64,000 bases of DNA from contig OZ281500.1 of the NCBI GenBank assembly GCA_965637545.1, positions 22,816,001 to 22,880,000 of the forward strand. The letters run 5' to 3'. Shown here piece by piece: positions 13,668 to 26,741 of this stretch. The stretch is from Phallusia mammillata (taxonomy: Eukaryota). The translations under genes were made by a program, and so were the position numbers. The notes under the pieces were generated by a model, which was not told the origin of the DNA, ran no database searches, and saw only the letters and a program-made list of their open reading frames with translations. Position 1 is the stretch's first letter; each line of letters begins with the position of its first letter.

Positions 13668-14700
13668 TCCAAGCTACTATTTAATCTGGTAATATCCACA
13701 CAAAAACGAAAAATATCGACAACCTTTATTACATGGGTCACAAGATGATGCTAAAGAGTTTATAAAAAACAAACACATGCAGTGCTTTGCACACAAACAT
13801 TATCAAAATCGTACAAAAATTGGAACAACAACAGGTTACTTATTTCGCCTTTGATTATTTTTGTATAAAGTCACAGTGCAACAAAAATAACAAAAGCATC
13901 AATACACCGACGTAAGACACAGTTTGCAAATAACACTCGCGTTTCTACAAAACGTCTGTCACAAAGTCACTACCAACACACTTACTGATATTTACAGGGC
14001 GTTATAGGCAAGTTCAGAATGCATTTTTACAATTTCGCAACAAGATTATGCCATGGTTTTAGCCCTTGTGATGGCTTAAATGTACATAGAAAATGTTAAC
14101 AGGCGTTTATCCCCACAAATTATTAGTTGTAACAAAAAGAGCCGCAAAACAGCCATAACGCATTTTAAGGCGATGCATTTTTTGTCTTTTAACCCCAAAT
14201 GTGCACCGGCCACCAAGCTGCTATAAGTTTTATCATTAACACAGTAATTGCACACACGAGGATCTTGATTTGTCCTTTGTCTAAACTCTAAAGTATGACA
14301 AATTCACTCACAGTAGACGGTTACTGTATATCAATTAAAATTTTGAAATAATGTGCCGTTAAGCGTAAAGGTGAATGGATGTTGGTGAAAACCTAGGAAA
14401 ACTAGCTGCAGACAGTGCACATTGTTTTAACCAATATAGTTACATGAGCGTGGCTGGTGGCAAGACATTGGTCGTAGAGTGGTATAGCAAGGCTACGGCA
14501 CTCCAGTCTGTAGCTAACTTGTCATTATGCCGGCACATCGCTTTAAAGACTAGAACTATGAAATAAAATCGCATTGAACTGTTTAGGCAGGCTATTAAAA
14601 AGGCCACTAATATTAAAAAAGGTTAAGACTAGTAAAAGAATAGACCTAGAACGCAATATATTGCACAAGCATAAACAGAAACGTCTAAACAAGAAATATT

Positions 14701-16153
14701 TTATGTAAAAACCCTTCCATTCTCTCTGTATATTGCAGTTCGTTGTCTGTTGAAATGTGCCACCGAAATTTCGACAAGAAAAGGTCGTTGAAAAACTTTC
14801 CTGATCATTTTTTTCATCGCCACATCAGTTTCTGTGCTCATGTCTCCCTCAGGATGAGCAATTACTCCCTCCATATCATCTTCGGGATGCATTGTATTGG
14901 AAAGTTGCTGAAGCTAAAATATACACAAATTTGGGTTATGAAGAGTTTTATGCAATTTTTAAGTCCAAAATCTACAAGCGCAAACTTTTCCTCTGCAAAA
15001 ACACTGTCAAACTGCCTTGGTCTTACTTGCGATGTAATGCCAGAATTTTTGCTGCCATGCATAATTGCAAATTTGTAAAGCTCTTCTGGCAAGTATTATT
15101 TATTCCGCCGTTTCGACGTTCTATGCAGGTCGTCTTTATCAGGGTAAATAACACTGAATGCGCGTAGTACAGTGCACGATACACAAAGAAAAAAGAGAAG
15201 TAAACGCAAGCATGCTTTCTTTTTTCCTTTGTTTATGGTGCACTGTATACTAATCGCATTCAGTGTTATTTTGTCAAAATCGTCTAATGACAATTGCAGA
15301 TGTGCAGCGAATAAGCAATAATTTGCTGACAAAAATGTTGGTGAGTCGTGTTGCCAGGTTGCGCTTTTGTCGCCGAATTGGGCTACTTTTGACATCGAGT
15401 TGCGGGCTTTTTTCATGAGTTGCGGGTTGCGTCTTTTTGGGCGGGTTTGTAAATGACATTTTCTACCGTATGGCGAGTGATGATTGCATTATATATGATC
15501 AAAAACGTTGTGAGTTTAATTTTGACAAAAGAACTAATGAAACTGCCCGGAGCGTCGGGGATTTAACATCCAGCTGGGCAAAAGAATGCTTTCAGCCCAC
15601 GCAATGCAACGTTCATTTTTTAATCAAAGAAACTTAATAAACGGCTTTGTTGCCACGTAATAAGAATTACCTCTTGGCAAAAATCATTGTTTCAAAGGTC
15701 ACCTTTCTTTGTTATTAATGCGAACATGTTTGTTTTAAAGTGGAGATACGTAATTAAAAAAAAAGCTTGGAAAAGGGGTAACTAGAGTGTGTTCCATACA
15801 GTGTTTCTAAACAGCCCAAAATTAATTTTAAAATGCACAAAAATTAAATCTGAATCGTTGAAACCTGAATAATTGTCACACAAACAGGCGAAAGCAGTGA
15901 AAATCAATTGTATTTCAGGTGTTTGCAAAATTGGGCTCGTTTTGGGCTACTTTTGACGGGTAAAGTTGCGCTTTTCCAATATTTGAGCTGGCAACTTGAC
16001 TTCAAATTAAAAAATAAAACAATTTACTGCCAAACGATGTAAATAACAACGAACATTAAAATATTTGCACCACTGCAACTAGCAACTGGTCTATATTAAT
16101 TTAGAAATACTTACAGCAGCATATTGGTCCATAAGATGGTCAGATTCCGACAT
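14701..16153 (-). CDS. Small-protein family, spliced type I copy A; coding exons 16153-16115 and 14913-14701; 83 aa
   Basis: MSESDHLMDQYAA followed by donor gtaagt; acceptor attttag; LQQLSNTMHPEDDMEGVIAHPEGDMSTETDVAMKKMIRKVFQRPFLVEISVAHFNRQRTAIYRENGRVFT*. Phase 0/0; same structure in copy B. Confidence 0.75.
15071..15152 (-). ncRNA. Degenerate copy of the hammerhead-ribozyme-like element (core reads CTGATAA)
   Basis: Minus strand ttatttacc-CTGATAA-agacgacctgcatagaacgtc-GAAA-cggc-ggaataaataa; homologous to 54132-54215 including the flank tgccagaagagct. Confidence 0.4.
15345..15996. mobile_element. Probable non-autonomous DNA transposon remnant (hAT-like ends) in the intron of copy A
   Basis: Inverted ends gttgccag / ctggcaac and internal repeats ttgggctacttttgac; related fragment at about 4255-4295; TSD not seen. 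Confidence 0.45.
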
Positions 16154-16261
16154 TGTTATTGGTTTCAGTTTATTTGTATTCTTTTAAGCAACTTGTTTTA
16201 ATCACAAACACTTGATGAAACGACAATTCAAGTGTGTAAGATTACTACTTGCAACCCTACG

Positions 16262-16545
16262 TACAAATAAGTCTAATTTCCCAAACTGACATGAAATATC
16301 GGTAGATTGCAAACGGTGTTGCTTTCAAAAGCGATATTTATGACAACCACATGGTAAACCTAAACCAATTCGGTAAATTTCACAGCAACTACTATCTCTG
16401 TAAGATTGCATTATCTGTTTGAAATCAAGTGGTGCTGTCAATTCTCTTGTCACTAGCTGAGGCTGAACACTGCAAGTTTGTGGCTGATAGTTAAAGTTTA
16501 CATTTAGGTTCGTTTTTTACTTCTTTAACAAAACCTGCAGCTTCA
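16262..16545. repeat. Duplicated 5' UTR/promoter block of type I genes; near-identical copy at about 20306-20600, more diverged copies near 19280-19420, 22190-22450 and 45050-45330
   Basis: Direct similarity, e.g. tacaaataagtctaatttcccaaactgacatgaa and cggtagattgcaaacggtgttgcttt. Confidence 0.8.
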
Positions 16546-17903
16546 AAACCAACTATAACGAAGCAGAACATGCTTTCCTTTGTATGCTATGATCAGGTGG
16601 CTTGAAAAGACAGGTGGACACGGTTGACAATTTTGCCTTTTTCTTCAATCTCTGCAAACGATCGTGGGGAAGTACCGTCTGGTACAACGCAGACTGATGT
16701 AAGGTGGTCGCCGCCGCGATGGATTAACAAGAGAATCGGGGCAGGATGCCGTTTGTCGCCTGACACAGGGTCTTTGTGTTGCGCGTAAGGCTGTGTATTT
16801 CACTCAACTGTCGTCGATTGGTCGTGCAGCTATTATTGTCATGTAACACAAAAATATGTTCATTTACACAGGCGCGAGATGATGCTAGAGAGCGTTATAG
16901 AGGAACAGTTAAAAAATACTTTGTAAAAAAAATCGGAATTTAAACAAAATTGGGATCACAACATAGTATTGAGTTGACTACAAAGTAACAGTACCATAAT
17001 ATTGCCATAAAATCGACACGCCCATGTAAGTCACAGATTTGTAAATAACACTTACATATCGACAAACTTTTATAACAGTGGCTCAAAAAAACTTAGTGAG
17101 CTGAATTTATTTACCTAAAATTGATCGTTTAGTTACGGTCGTCTTTAAAAACGTTTTCAGAAAAGCCGGTGAGAGATAGCCCATAGCTTTTAGTGGGAAA
17201 GTTGTTGTGTATGAAATATTCAAACGTTGAAAAAAAATACGACGTCTTCACCTAAACTATGACGTCACTTTGTATTTTTTCAAAAATATATTTTCATGAC
17301 GTCATAAATTAGCTTGTGATGTCATAAGCCGTGTTACCCAAGCGTAAAAGCGTTTTACATTTTAAAACTTTTGTTGTTTTTTCGTTTTGGCTTTACTGTA
17401 AAGCATTTTTTAAACCTATAATTTTTTGACCCAAACAAAATCTACAGCAGCTTTCAAATTAACCTCAGTTGAGAAAAAAATTCGGACCAATATGCATTCT
17501 ATCGCCATTTACAATTGACCCTGTCTTGGTGCCCATTTATTTCCCCGTCACGACTAATGCTCTTGTCTGCCGTGATGACTGAATGACACAGAATAACCCC
17601 AGACAGGTGTTTGGTAGTAACCCACACGAGGCGTACAAAGCACACGCGCCGCGCAAAAAAATGACGTCATGCAAATGCGAGACGCAAAGTACACGCGCCG
17701 CGCAAAAAAATGACGTCATGCAATGCGAGATAGAGCGAGAAAGTGAAGCGATGATGGTGGGAACGAATTATTATCTATAAAAACTAAAAATAAATATGAA
17801 ATTGCGTTGAACTGTTAAGGCACGTTACAATGATAAAAAAGGAAAGCATCTTAACAGATTATATTGCACAAACATAAACAGAAGTGTCCAAATTGCAAAT
17901 GTT

Positions 17904-19152
17904 TTATGTGAAAGCTCTTCCATTCTCCCCCTATATCGTAATATGCAGTCTGTTGAACTCTGCCACAGAGACCTCCACATGAAAAGGTCGTTCAAAAACT
18001 TTCCTGAGCATATTTTCCGCAGCCACATCGATTTCTGTGATTTCTTCTGTGATATCTCCTTCGGGATGAGCACTTGCTGCCACCAAGTCACCTTCCGGGT
18101 GTATTGGATTGAAAGGCTGTCGAAGCTAAAATAGACACAATTATAGGTTCACAAGAGTTTCAATGCCAAGATGTACAACCGCTATTTGTTTCCTCATTAA
18201 AAAACACTGCTTGCGTTTTAATGCCTTGCGTTTTACTTGCGATGTAATACTAACGGTCACCAGGTTTTGTGAAGGATTTTATGGCATTTTGAGTTGAGTC
18301 GTGTAGTTATCGGCTGGATAAAGGTGCATAAATACATCATTACCAACAGACGAAGTTTAGCCAAATTAAATTACGACACCATAATCCGACGTAAAGCAAA
18401 AATTGGGATTGCCAACTTAAAAATATACAATTTTATAACTTAGTGATGTGTATCACTAAACGCGAGGCATCTTTTATAACGATGATTTGCTTTTCAAGTA
18501 AATGTTTAAAGATGGTTAGTATCACTGTTGCTCTTAACTTTTACCATCTCCACTGCAACAAAGATAAGCCCATTTCAACCAAGTTATTAGTATATTGAGG
18601 ATACGACATTTTCGACAAACAGAATCATGTTTTAACGCCAAAGGAATCAGTGTCAAGTTGAGGCGACCACAACCACTAGGCTACCGTTCAAATGGTCACC
18701 AAAAAAATAGTGACTTGCTGCAAATTCAGCAAAACCCTAATTGTTAACTACGATCGATTGTTTGGTAATGTCGTGAACTGAAACAAAACAGTTTTCGTTT
18801 TTTTGTCACCGCGAAAACAAATAGCCGCTTGGGGTATGCAGCTAATATCGAAGAGGTTGCCAATCCAGACAAGTAAAAAAGGAGAGCAAAATGAAAGAAA
18901 CTAGTCAATCAGTACCAGTAGGTTACGTCATTTGCACCTCATTCTCGTCACAGTGTATTTCGTATTTCGAGCAGGATTATTTGTACAACTCGCAACTTTC
19001 TTTAGTTATATCTGTTTTCCTACATCAAGTGATACAATGCCTAAATCGGGTCTGAACGGGTTGTTAACCAACAAACCGCAGTTAACGATCTATATTGGTT
19101 TTGAAATACTTACGGCAGCATGTTGGTCCAAAGGATGGTCAGATCCAGACAT
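17904..19152 (-). CDS. Small-protein family, spliced type I copy B; coding exons 19152-19114 and 18125-17931; 77 aa because of a premature TAG (ancestral stop at 17904-17906)
   Basis: MSGSDHPLDQHAA | LRQPFNPIHPEGDLVAASAHPEGDITEEITEIDVAAENMLRKVFERPFHVEVSVAEFNRLHITI*GENGRAFT*; splice sites match copy A. Confidence 0.7.
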
Positions 19153-19624
19153 TGTTATCGATTTGACTTCTGTGTCTTCTTTTCAACAACGAGTTTACAA
19201 AACAACAATTTGCAGAAACGACAATTTAAGTGTGTAACGTTGGAGATGCTAGTTGCAATCCTAGGTGCAAAATAGTCTTATTTGCTTTACAAACTCACAT
19301 GAAATACCGATAGTTTTTAAACCGTGTTGCTCTTTATCCTTTTTCGACATAACCATATGGCAAACTTTATTTTAAATCCTTTTCACGTCCTCAGCTAAGG
19401 CTTAAAACTGCAAGTTTACGGTTAACCAAACTTCCCTAACATTACAGACTTTACTTCAAATAATAACTCATCGCTGTTTATGCCTTTAATTCCATGCGTG
19501 TGAGATGGTAATAGTAGAAAATGGCAGACATTAAGCGACTTACCAACGATGACGCCTCCATTATATATAATGACGTCGCAGTAAACGAAGAGTGCGTTTT
19601 TTCAGACAGGAAATTTTACTAACA

Positions 19625-19718
19625 CCATACCTTACGGGAGACCCACATTTAGATGTCCATACCTTACGGGAGACCCACATTTAGATATCCATGCCTTACG
19701 GGAGACCCACATTTAGAT
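19625..19718. repeat. Tandem repeat, 3 x 32 bp
   Basis: Unit ccataccttacgggagacccacatttagatgt starting at 19625, 19657 and 19689. Confidence 0.9.
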
Positions 19719-22700
19719 AATTTCCGATAGGTAGCGCAAAGGGCACCTTTTCCATTTAAAACGATATATCTCAAAAAATGGATACGGTTGGAGCTAATAG
19801 GGTCGACCCCATTGTGTGAAACGCAACTCTTGTTTACATGTGTAACGAAGCGTGATTGCTTTGTGTACGCTTAGTCTGAGCGCAGATCCATTCCTTAAAA
19901 TCAGCTGACAAGTTTGTTGTTTCACTATGAGTTCGATGTGCTCATTGCCAAATTCGGTTCTTAATTAGATACTTTGGTGCGGTTTTGATATTATTGTTGT
20001 GGCAATTTTCAAGTGAAAAATGTTTAGTTTTAGCACCACATCTTTAAGCAAATGTTTACTTTCTGTAGTCTTTGATCACGCACATCTTATAGTTTATATC
20101 CCCACGTTGATAAACATTCTCCTCAAAAGGCATAAACTACAACCAGCAAGTTTCTCGGCGGGGCTGACTTCCACATCATTTACCCCACTAACCCTTAAAA
20201 TGGTTGAATTTAACAAACAATTGCCAGATGGAATAAAATTGGGACAGTCACCTACCTCATATAAAATGAACATTTAAGCAGAGTATTTGTTGAATGTTTT
20301 AACTTCTACAAATAAGTCTAATTTCCCAAACTGACATGAAGTGTCGGTAGATTGCAAACGGTGTTGCTTTCAAAATCGATATTTACGACAACCACATGGT
20401 AAACCTAAACCAATTTGGTAAATTTCACAGCAACTACTGTCTCTTCAAGCTTGTATTTACTATTTGAAATTAAATGCTATTGTCAATTCTCTTGTCGCTA
20501 GCTGAGGCCAATAAGAAGCGAACGTTTGCTAACAAATAAATTTCACTCATCCTTTATCTTTAAAGTAAAAAAAAACCTTTATCTTTAACACAACCTGTAA
20601 TAACACAATCAATATAGTTTGTTATCAATAAAAAGCAATTTGGCTAAACTCTAATCTGAAACACTCCCATCTCGCTGCTTGTACCAGCTAAACTGATACA
20701 GAATCCAACGCTTGAACATAAAATCGCGAAAATGGTGTGCGCTCGAGCACATACATAAAGTGTTCATTGACGCGAGCTCTCCGGTACAGCGTAAGGTAGA
20801 GTCCCGAGCTAAACAGTACCCACGTTTTTGTTACAAGCTCGAATAAAACTCCTTCCCTCAACAATAGAAATAAAAACATGTTAAGTAATTTAAGTACCCG
20901 CTATCTGGAACTTAATAATTTCTCTTTCTACATTTACTAATCTTTTCAAGAGCCCAAAAGATATTATTTTAATTACAGTCCTCGTTTCGTAAACATGGGA
21001 TGATGTTAAATAGTTGTAATTCAGGCAGTTTTTATTTGCGCTTCAACGAATGAGTATACCCATCGTTGGTAACATATGAATTAATTGTAAGCCCTGCGCC
21101 GGGTTGCCGTTGTTTGCGTTCAGACAAAGCCGTCATGCGCGAATGGCAAAGAAGGCTAATATAGTTCATCCACGCTCCGCTTGGGTTATGAAACGTGGTT
21201 TCAAAAAACATAATCTACAAAATAACAACAACTATAGGTTGTCTTGTACTAAAATGTTTTGCCATACAACAAAAACATTTGCGCCAACTACCGTAACACC
21301 TGTACATATTTGAATAACAAAGTTAACTTCTCAATTGTAACAAATCCATGTATATTCTCAGTTGCTGTATTTAAAGGCGATATTCTCTTCACGAACCAGA
21401 GAAGAACTCCGCCCTAAAACTTCTGTCCGACTGCAGCCCAGTTTGCTGTAAAAGCGACAAGTGCACATATTTTCCAGCGAAAGTTCCCTGGTCTATTGCG
21501 TTGTTGGCTTTTACAAATCGCCTATTTTTTTCACCCACTGCATAGTTTTGTTTGTGGACAACACCACAACGCCAATCATCAGCGACTTAAAAAAATTAAA
21601 CTGATCTAAATTTGTAGGAAATATTTAATTGTTGTATTTGTTGTCCACAAACGGTTAATTCTAGCGAGTTTAGCATGGTGCACAGTTTTACATAAACGGC
21701 CGCGCAAATTACTCAATCGATCACACCTTCGCTACCCTACTTGTTATAGATGCGTAAGGTTGTTGCATCAACTTACCTTTTATCGTCTTTTACCACGTAT
21801 GCTGGCTTATACCTTTACACATTTCAAAATAACATTTATCTTTAACTTTTTCGTTTATTGCTTTTTAAATCTAAGACTACAGCAAGGTGTATCGCCACAC
21901 ACTTTTTTAGTATTCGGTATGACTTGGACATTTTTTATATGATTATAATAACATAAAGGACTTGGTTTCAGGTTCGTTTTTTTCTTCTAACTAGTTCCTG
22001 GTTCGTTTTTGCTACAAATTCTTTTCTAATTCTACTACAATCAAATACGTGTTGGGCGATACAGCGCGCACGAAACGCCCCGACTGTTCTCCAGCATGGT
22101 TGACTGAAAAGCCGCTAAAGACCGTTCACCAGTACTCAGCGACTCCGAAGTGTTCCAGAAATGTGTGTTTCGCATACCTTAACGCTTTTAGGAAACATCG
22201 TGCGAATGCAATATTGGTAGATTGTAAAATGTAAACCGTGTTGTTTTCAAAAATAACGAACCTGAACCAACACCTGGTAACTATGTATAAAAAAGGATGA
22301 AGTACAAGACTTTACCGACTGAATACTGAAAACCTTTAAACTGATCTAAATCACCCGCACCTTACTCGCAATCAACACCGCGCTACTTTAAAATATTCAA
22401 TCACATATAAGGCTGTTTTATGCAAGATGCAGAACCTAATGGAAACAAACCGTTTCGCGCTAAAAACCTGCAACGACTTTTTACTTATTATTTGGACTAA
22501 TTAAAATGTGCCACTTTTACAAAAACAGTTTTGCCTCTGACACATACAATTTGGATATATTTCGGTAAAAGAAGCAGATTTGGAAATTTAAAAAAAATTT
22601 AGGGAACAAAGTTTATCTTTATCAAATTATACAAACTGCCTTACTGGCATAAGTATTTTTGATATTTTCATTCTCGTCTAAATAACAAAACGTACTGTGA

Positions 22701-23498
22701 TCAATTTTTAACATACTTTCTGTTTTGTTAGGTTTTGCTCTCCTAAATATGCATTTTTGAAGTGTCAAAAGCTGATTAACAGTTTGAATTTGATTTAAGC
22801 ATAAAATCTACTTTAACGAAACCTTATTTACTATTTATATCCTTGAAGTTTCGTGTTTTTATATCGTACGTCATACACATATATCGACATATTTTAAAAA
22901 TTTGTCCTCACTTGTCACATACTAAAAATACTTAAAACTTTTATTTGGTATATTTGCATCATTTTACGAAATTATCGAACCTATCATCCAAAATGTTTCA
23001 TTTTAAATTCACGCATCAGCTGCATGAAGCAAATATTTGTCAAGGTTTATGTTGACCAGGTGGGATGAGGCGTCGTTCATAGTAGGGGGGTTGCGTGGAC
23101 CCCCTTGAATCGGCGGGACCAGTCTTGGATTCGCTGCAGCGATTTGGAGGGTAAATAAGGAGGGAACAGACCAACTGGAACGCTTCCTGATTGTCCTTGG
23201 CACTTTTCGATCCTCGGTTGTTTTAAAAACATTTGAACCCAAGTAAGTCAACTTTTACATGTATGTCGTCATAAAGGTTTGTTTTGTTAAATTAAACAAC
23301 ATTTTTTTATTGAAAACTTTAACTAACTTGCTTTAATCCGTTGCTATGATAGTTACCTAAAGGAACCTTCATAAAAAAATCAACAAAACAATATTTTCTG
23401 GCGAATTTAATGAGCAAGGCCGCCCAACTTACAGTCTTGGATAAATCCTGACGTAATTTGGTACACTGGTGACGTCACCAACTCCATATTTGGCCGGG

Positions 23499-23901
23499 CC
23501 ACGCTTGAGTGCTTCTAGACGTCGTTGCATTCCGGCCACGCTTGAGTGCTTCTAGACGTCGTTGTTTTCCGGCCACGCTTGAGTGCTACTAGACGTCGTT
23601 GTTTTCCGGCCAAGCTTGAGTGCTTCTAGACGTCGTTGTTTTCCGGCCAAGCTTGAGTGCTTCTAGACGTCGTTGTTTTCCGGCCACGCTTGAGTGCTTC
23701 TAGACGTCGTTGTTTTCCGGCCAAGCTTGAGTGCTTCTAGACGTCGTTGCATTCCGGCCACGCTTGAGTGCTTCTAGACGTCGTTGTTTTCCGGCCACGC
23801 TTGAGTGCTACTAGACGTCGTTGTTTTCCGGCCAAGCTTGAGTGCTTCTAGACGTCGTTGTTTTCCGGCCACGCTTGAGTGCTTCTAGACGTCGTTGCAT
23901 T
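23499..23901. repeat. Minisatellite, 11 x 37 bp, derived from coding exon 6
   Basis: Unit cc(a/c)-type ccacgcttgagtgcttctagacgtcgttg(ca/tt)ttccgg; starts every 37 nt from 23499 to 23869; single-copy counterpart at about 46689-46720. Confidence 0.95.
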
Positions 23902-24172
23902 CTCAGTCTTGCTCAATTACTCAATTAAAATTAAATTAAAAATGCTCAATTAAAAAAAGATCAATTACTAGTAGTAAAGTATTTTGTTATTCTTAATTTA
24001 TGACGAGCTATTGCAGTAGTTTGTTTAAAATGTAAATATATATTAAACAAAGCAAGGAGCCATAAGATATGCAGCACAGACCAGGAAATGTGCACATGTC
24101 GTTACCAAGCAGCGGCACGCCTAAAAATTATACAGTCTCGGAACGTAAAAAGAGATTTGAATTCAGGCTTTA

Positions 24173-24284
24173 CTTTTTTTCACATGATTCGAACCCAGGA
24201 CACTCCCGGGGACGAATCCCGATCAGGGTTTTCATATCTGTATATGGGTCAGTCGCGCTGGACCATTCGGCCAAGCTCTTGCCC
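24173..24284 (-). mobile_element. tRNA-derived (Leu/Ser-like) SINE or tRNA retropseudogene
   Basis: Minus strand A box tggccgaatggt, B box gggttcgaatc, A-rich tail; 14-bp TSD gaattc(a/c)ggcttta at 24159-24172 and 24285-24298; empty site in the paralogous intron at about 46880. Confidence 0.75.
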
Positions 24285-26741
24285 GAATTCCGGCTTTACA
24301 GTAACTCACGTTTTTCGACCGTTCATCGGTTTCCAGTTCGCGGGAAAGTTTCTGCAAAAACATATCCACGCGTCGGCGCTGTTGAGCTTCTTTATCTCTA
24401 GCGTCGTCGAGAAGTTTTTCGCGTTGTAATCGCTCTCTGTAAACCACAGTTTTTGTGTTTTTACTTTACCGATTCAGTATTATAAATGGACAGTTAAATA
24501 CAAAACCACTTCCCCTCCCCCTTCTTGTACACTGTCACGTCATAGGACTTTCCAGGGTCGCTTAAGGGCTAAATAACCAAGTTGGGGGCGGAGAGTGTGT
24601 TGTTTAAGTAAGTAGACTCATGTGACTGAACACTTATGATTCGTTGACTTTAATTTAAATTCTGCACACAATTTGTCAGTTTGTTATTCACTTACTTCTC
24701 CTCTACCTTTAGTTAAATTTCAAATAAACAAGATATTGGGTGCCTTGCATTGCCGACGATGAGCAGCGGTGGTTTGTTGTGATTTTTTCTTTGTGTATGG
24801 CTGACCTGCATTGAACCGCACACCAGCGTCTTTTGTCCAACGCGCAACTCAAGCCTTTGTTGTGAAACTTAAACCAATCTATTTTGAAACCTCGGATTTA
24901 TGTATTGTGCTAAACCGAATATGTTGTCATTCTTTAAATTGCACAAATGTGACAGACAGAGGAAAAGTGGAGTGCTACTTAACCGGGGCTGACTTAGTCG
25001 AGTGCGTTACAGTAATTTGAATCCTCGTTCAATAAGGAGGTATTACGTCAATACAACCGCTTTCTCCAATTTTCCAACCCAATGGCACGTGCACCTAAAC
25101 TTGAAGGCATTTCACGACCAATAACAGAAGTAAGCAAACAATCAATCTAATTGCTATTTTTTTCAATATTTTACACGCCAGGTGAAATGAAAAAACAAAA
25201 CCGAAACCCCCACTTTCGCAATTACTGCAGCATAAACATTTAAAAAAAAGAATGTAAAATGCTTTTGAGAATACCGCCGTTGTAAAACCCTCTCTACAAC
25301 CAAACCTTTTCTGCATTGCACTATGAAGAGAAGAAACGACACACACACAAAAGTCCCGTGGGAAAGTACCGTAATCCCACGCACCTATCGATGTCAACCC
25401 GCTCTGCAGCATCACCAAGCGAAATGTTGTTTATTTAAAATCCACTCTTTAAAATAAAAACAGCTTTGCCTACACTACACAACTGCCCTTAGTACAGCCA
25501 CGGCAGTTTTTGTGTCGAAATACCATATGTTGGTTATTTAACTTTACAATAACGAAAAGCATTTATTTAAAGCAGCCAGCCACGAAATGATGCTAAAAAG
25601 CATATGAATAAATACGTAAAGTGTAAACAGAACTGGCACTAGTGTAAAGCGTAAAAAAATCAATGCAATTTTACACACAAATTGGAACAACATTACAACT
25701 TTTTCCAAGCATTTTTTAACTGTTTTGAGATTACAGAGACAAAGATTAAAAAGTTGTCAAACAACTTCATCTTTTTGACGCTTTTTGATTTTTAAATTTT
25801 ATTTTAAAATTGTCTTACTTTACAATTTTGTCACAAAATAAAGGGTAGAATTAGGCGAAGCCAAGTTTGCCATACACAAAATATGCTTTTGGGTACAATA
25901 TTAAATTTTCTTAAACCACGTGCGCTAAACTTTTACAATCTCATTACAATGGGGCTCGAGAACAGATAGACAGATGCTTGGCACAAAAGAACAAGACAGA
26001 GGTAACACAGTTGATGAGCAAACATAACTGAATATCACTCAAAGGGTGTATAATAGTCACAATCATGGCGATGGAATGAAACAAATACATTCGTGTTGGT
26101 TTTGTAAAGAACGCATTGTAGCATTTGCATACAATACGGACACATACATCATGCTAACCGGGACATTCAAAGATTCAACCTTTTTAAGTTTTTGACTTTT
26201 GTTACGATCATGTAACTTGAAAATCTTGGTTTAAAACCAAAGTGTTGAAATTAGCTTTTGGATTGTAGCTAGACAGTAAAATTGTTTTCAGGTTTTTGCA
26301 GAAAAATGGCAATGGTTCTATTTGCGGTAAAATATATAAAGTAGCGATGTAATGAAAAATAATTAAAACCAATCTTTAAAATAAATAAAGATTAAGGCCA
26401 CGAAGTAAATATTTTACTATTCAGCAGTCTCAGTGGATCTAAAAAAATTATGAAGTAATATGAAGGTTCTACGCTCTAAGAACTTTGTTACAGGGTGAAC
26501 ATGACATCAAAATAATATATTTTAGAACTCAAACACCCCTTGGAGGTCCGTGTGTTTGACACCTCTGATGGAAATACGAAAATAAATTTACGGTATACAA
26601 GCAAGTAAACGTCTACAGGATAGAAACTTGTAAAATATGATTTAATTTAAAGTGGCAATGTTGCATTTAAGCCAAATTGTTACACACATTATTGAAAAAA
26701 AGTCAAAAATCACCAACGGCTATATAACTTGATAAAATAGT

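Larger units (their letters stand above)
22190..24680 (-). pseudogene. Partial duplicate of about 45050-47480 (3' exons 4-7 of the 623-aa gene); disrupted
   Basis: Exon 5 homologue has intact splice sites. Exon 4 homologue is internally deleted. Exon 6 homologue lost its acceptor and carries a 37-bp repeat expansion. Exon 7 acceptor ttttcag is changed to tttttaa. No exons 1-3 present. Confidence 0.8.
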
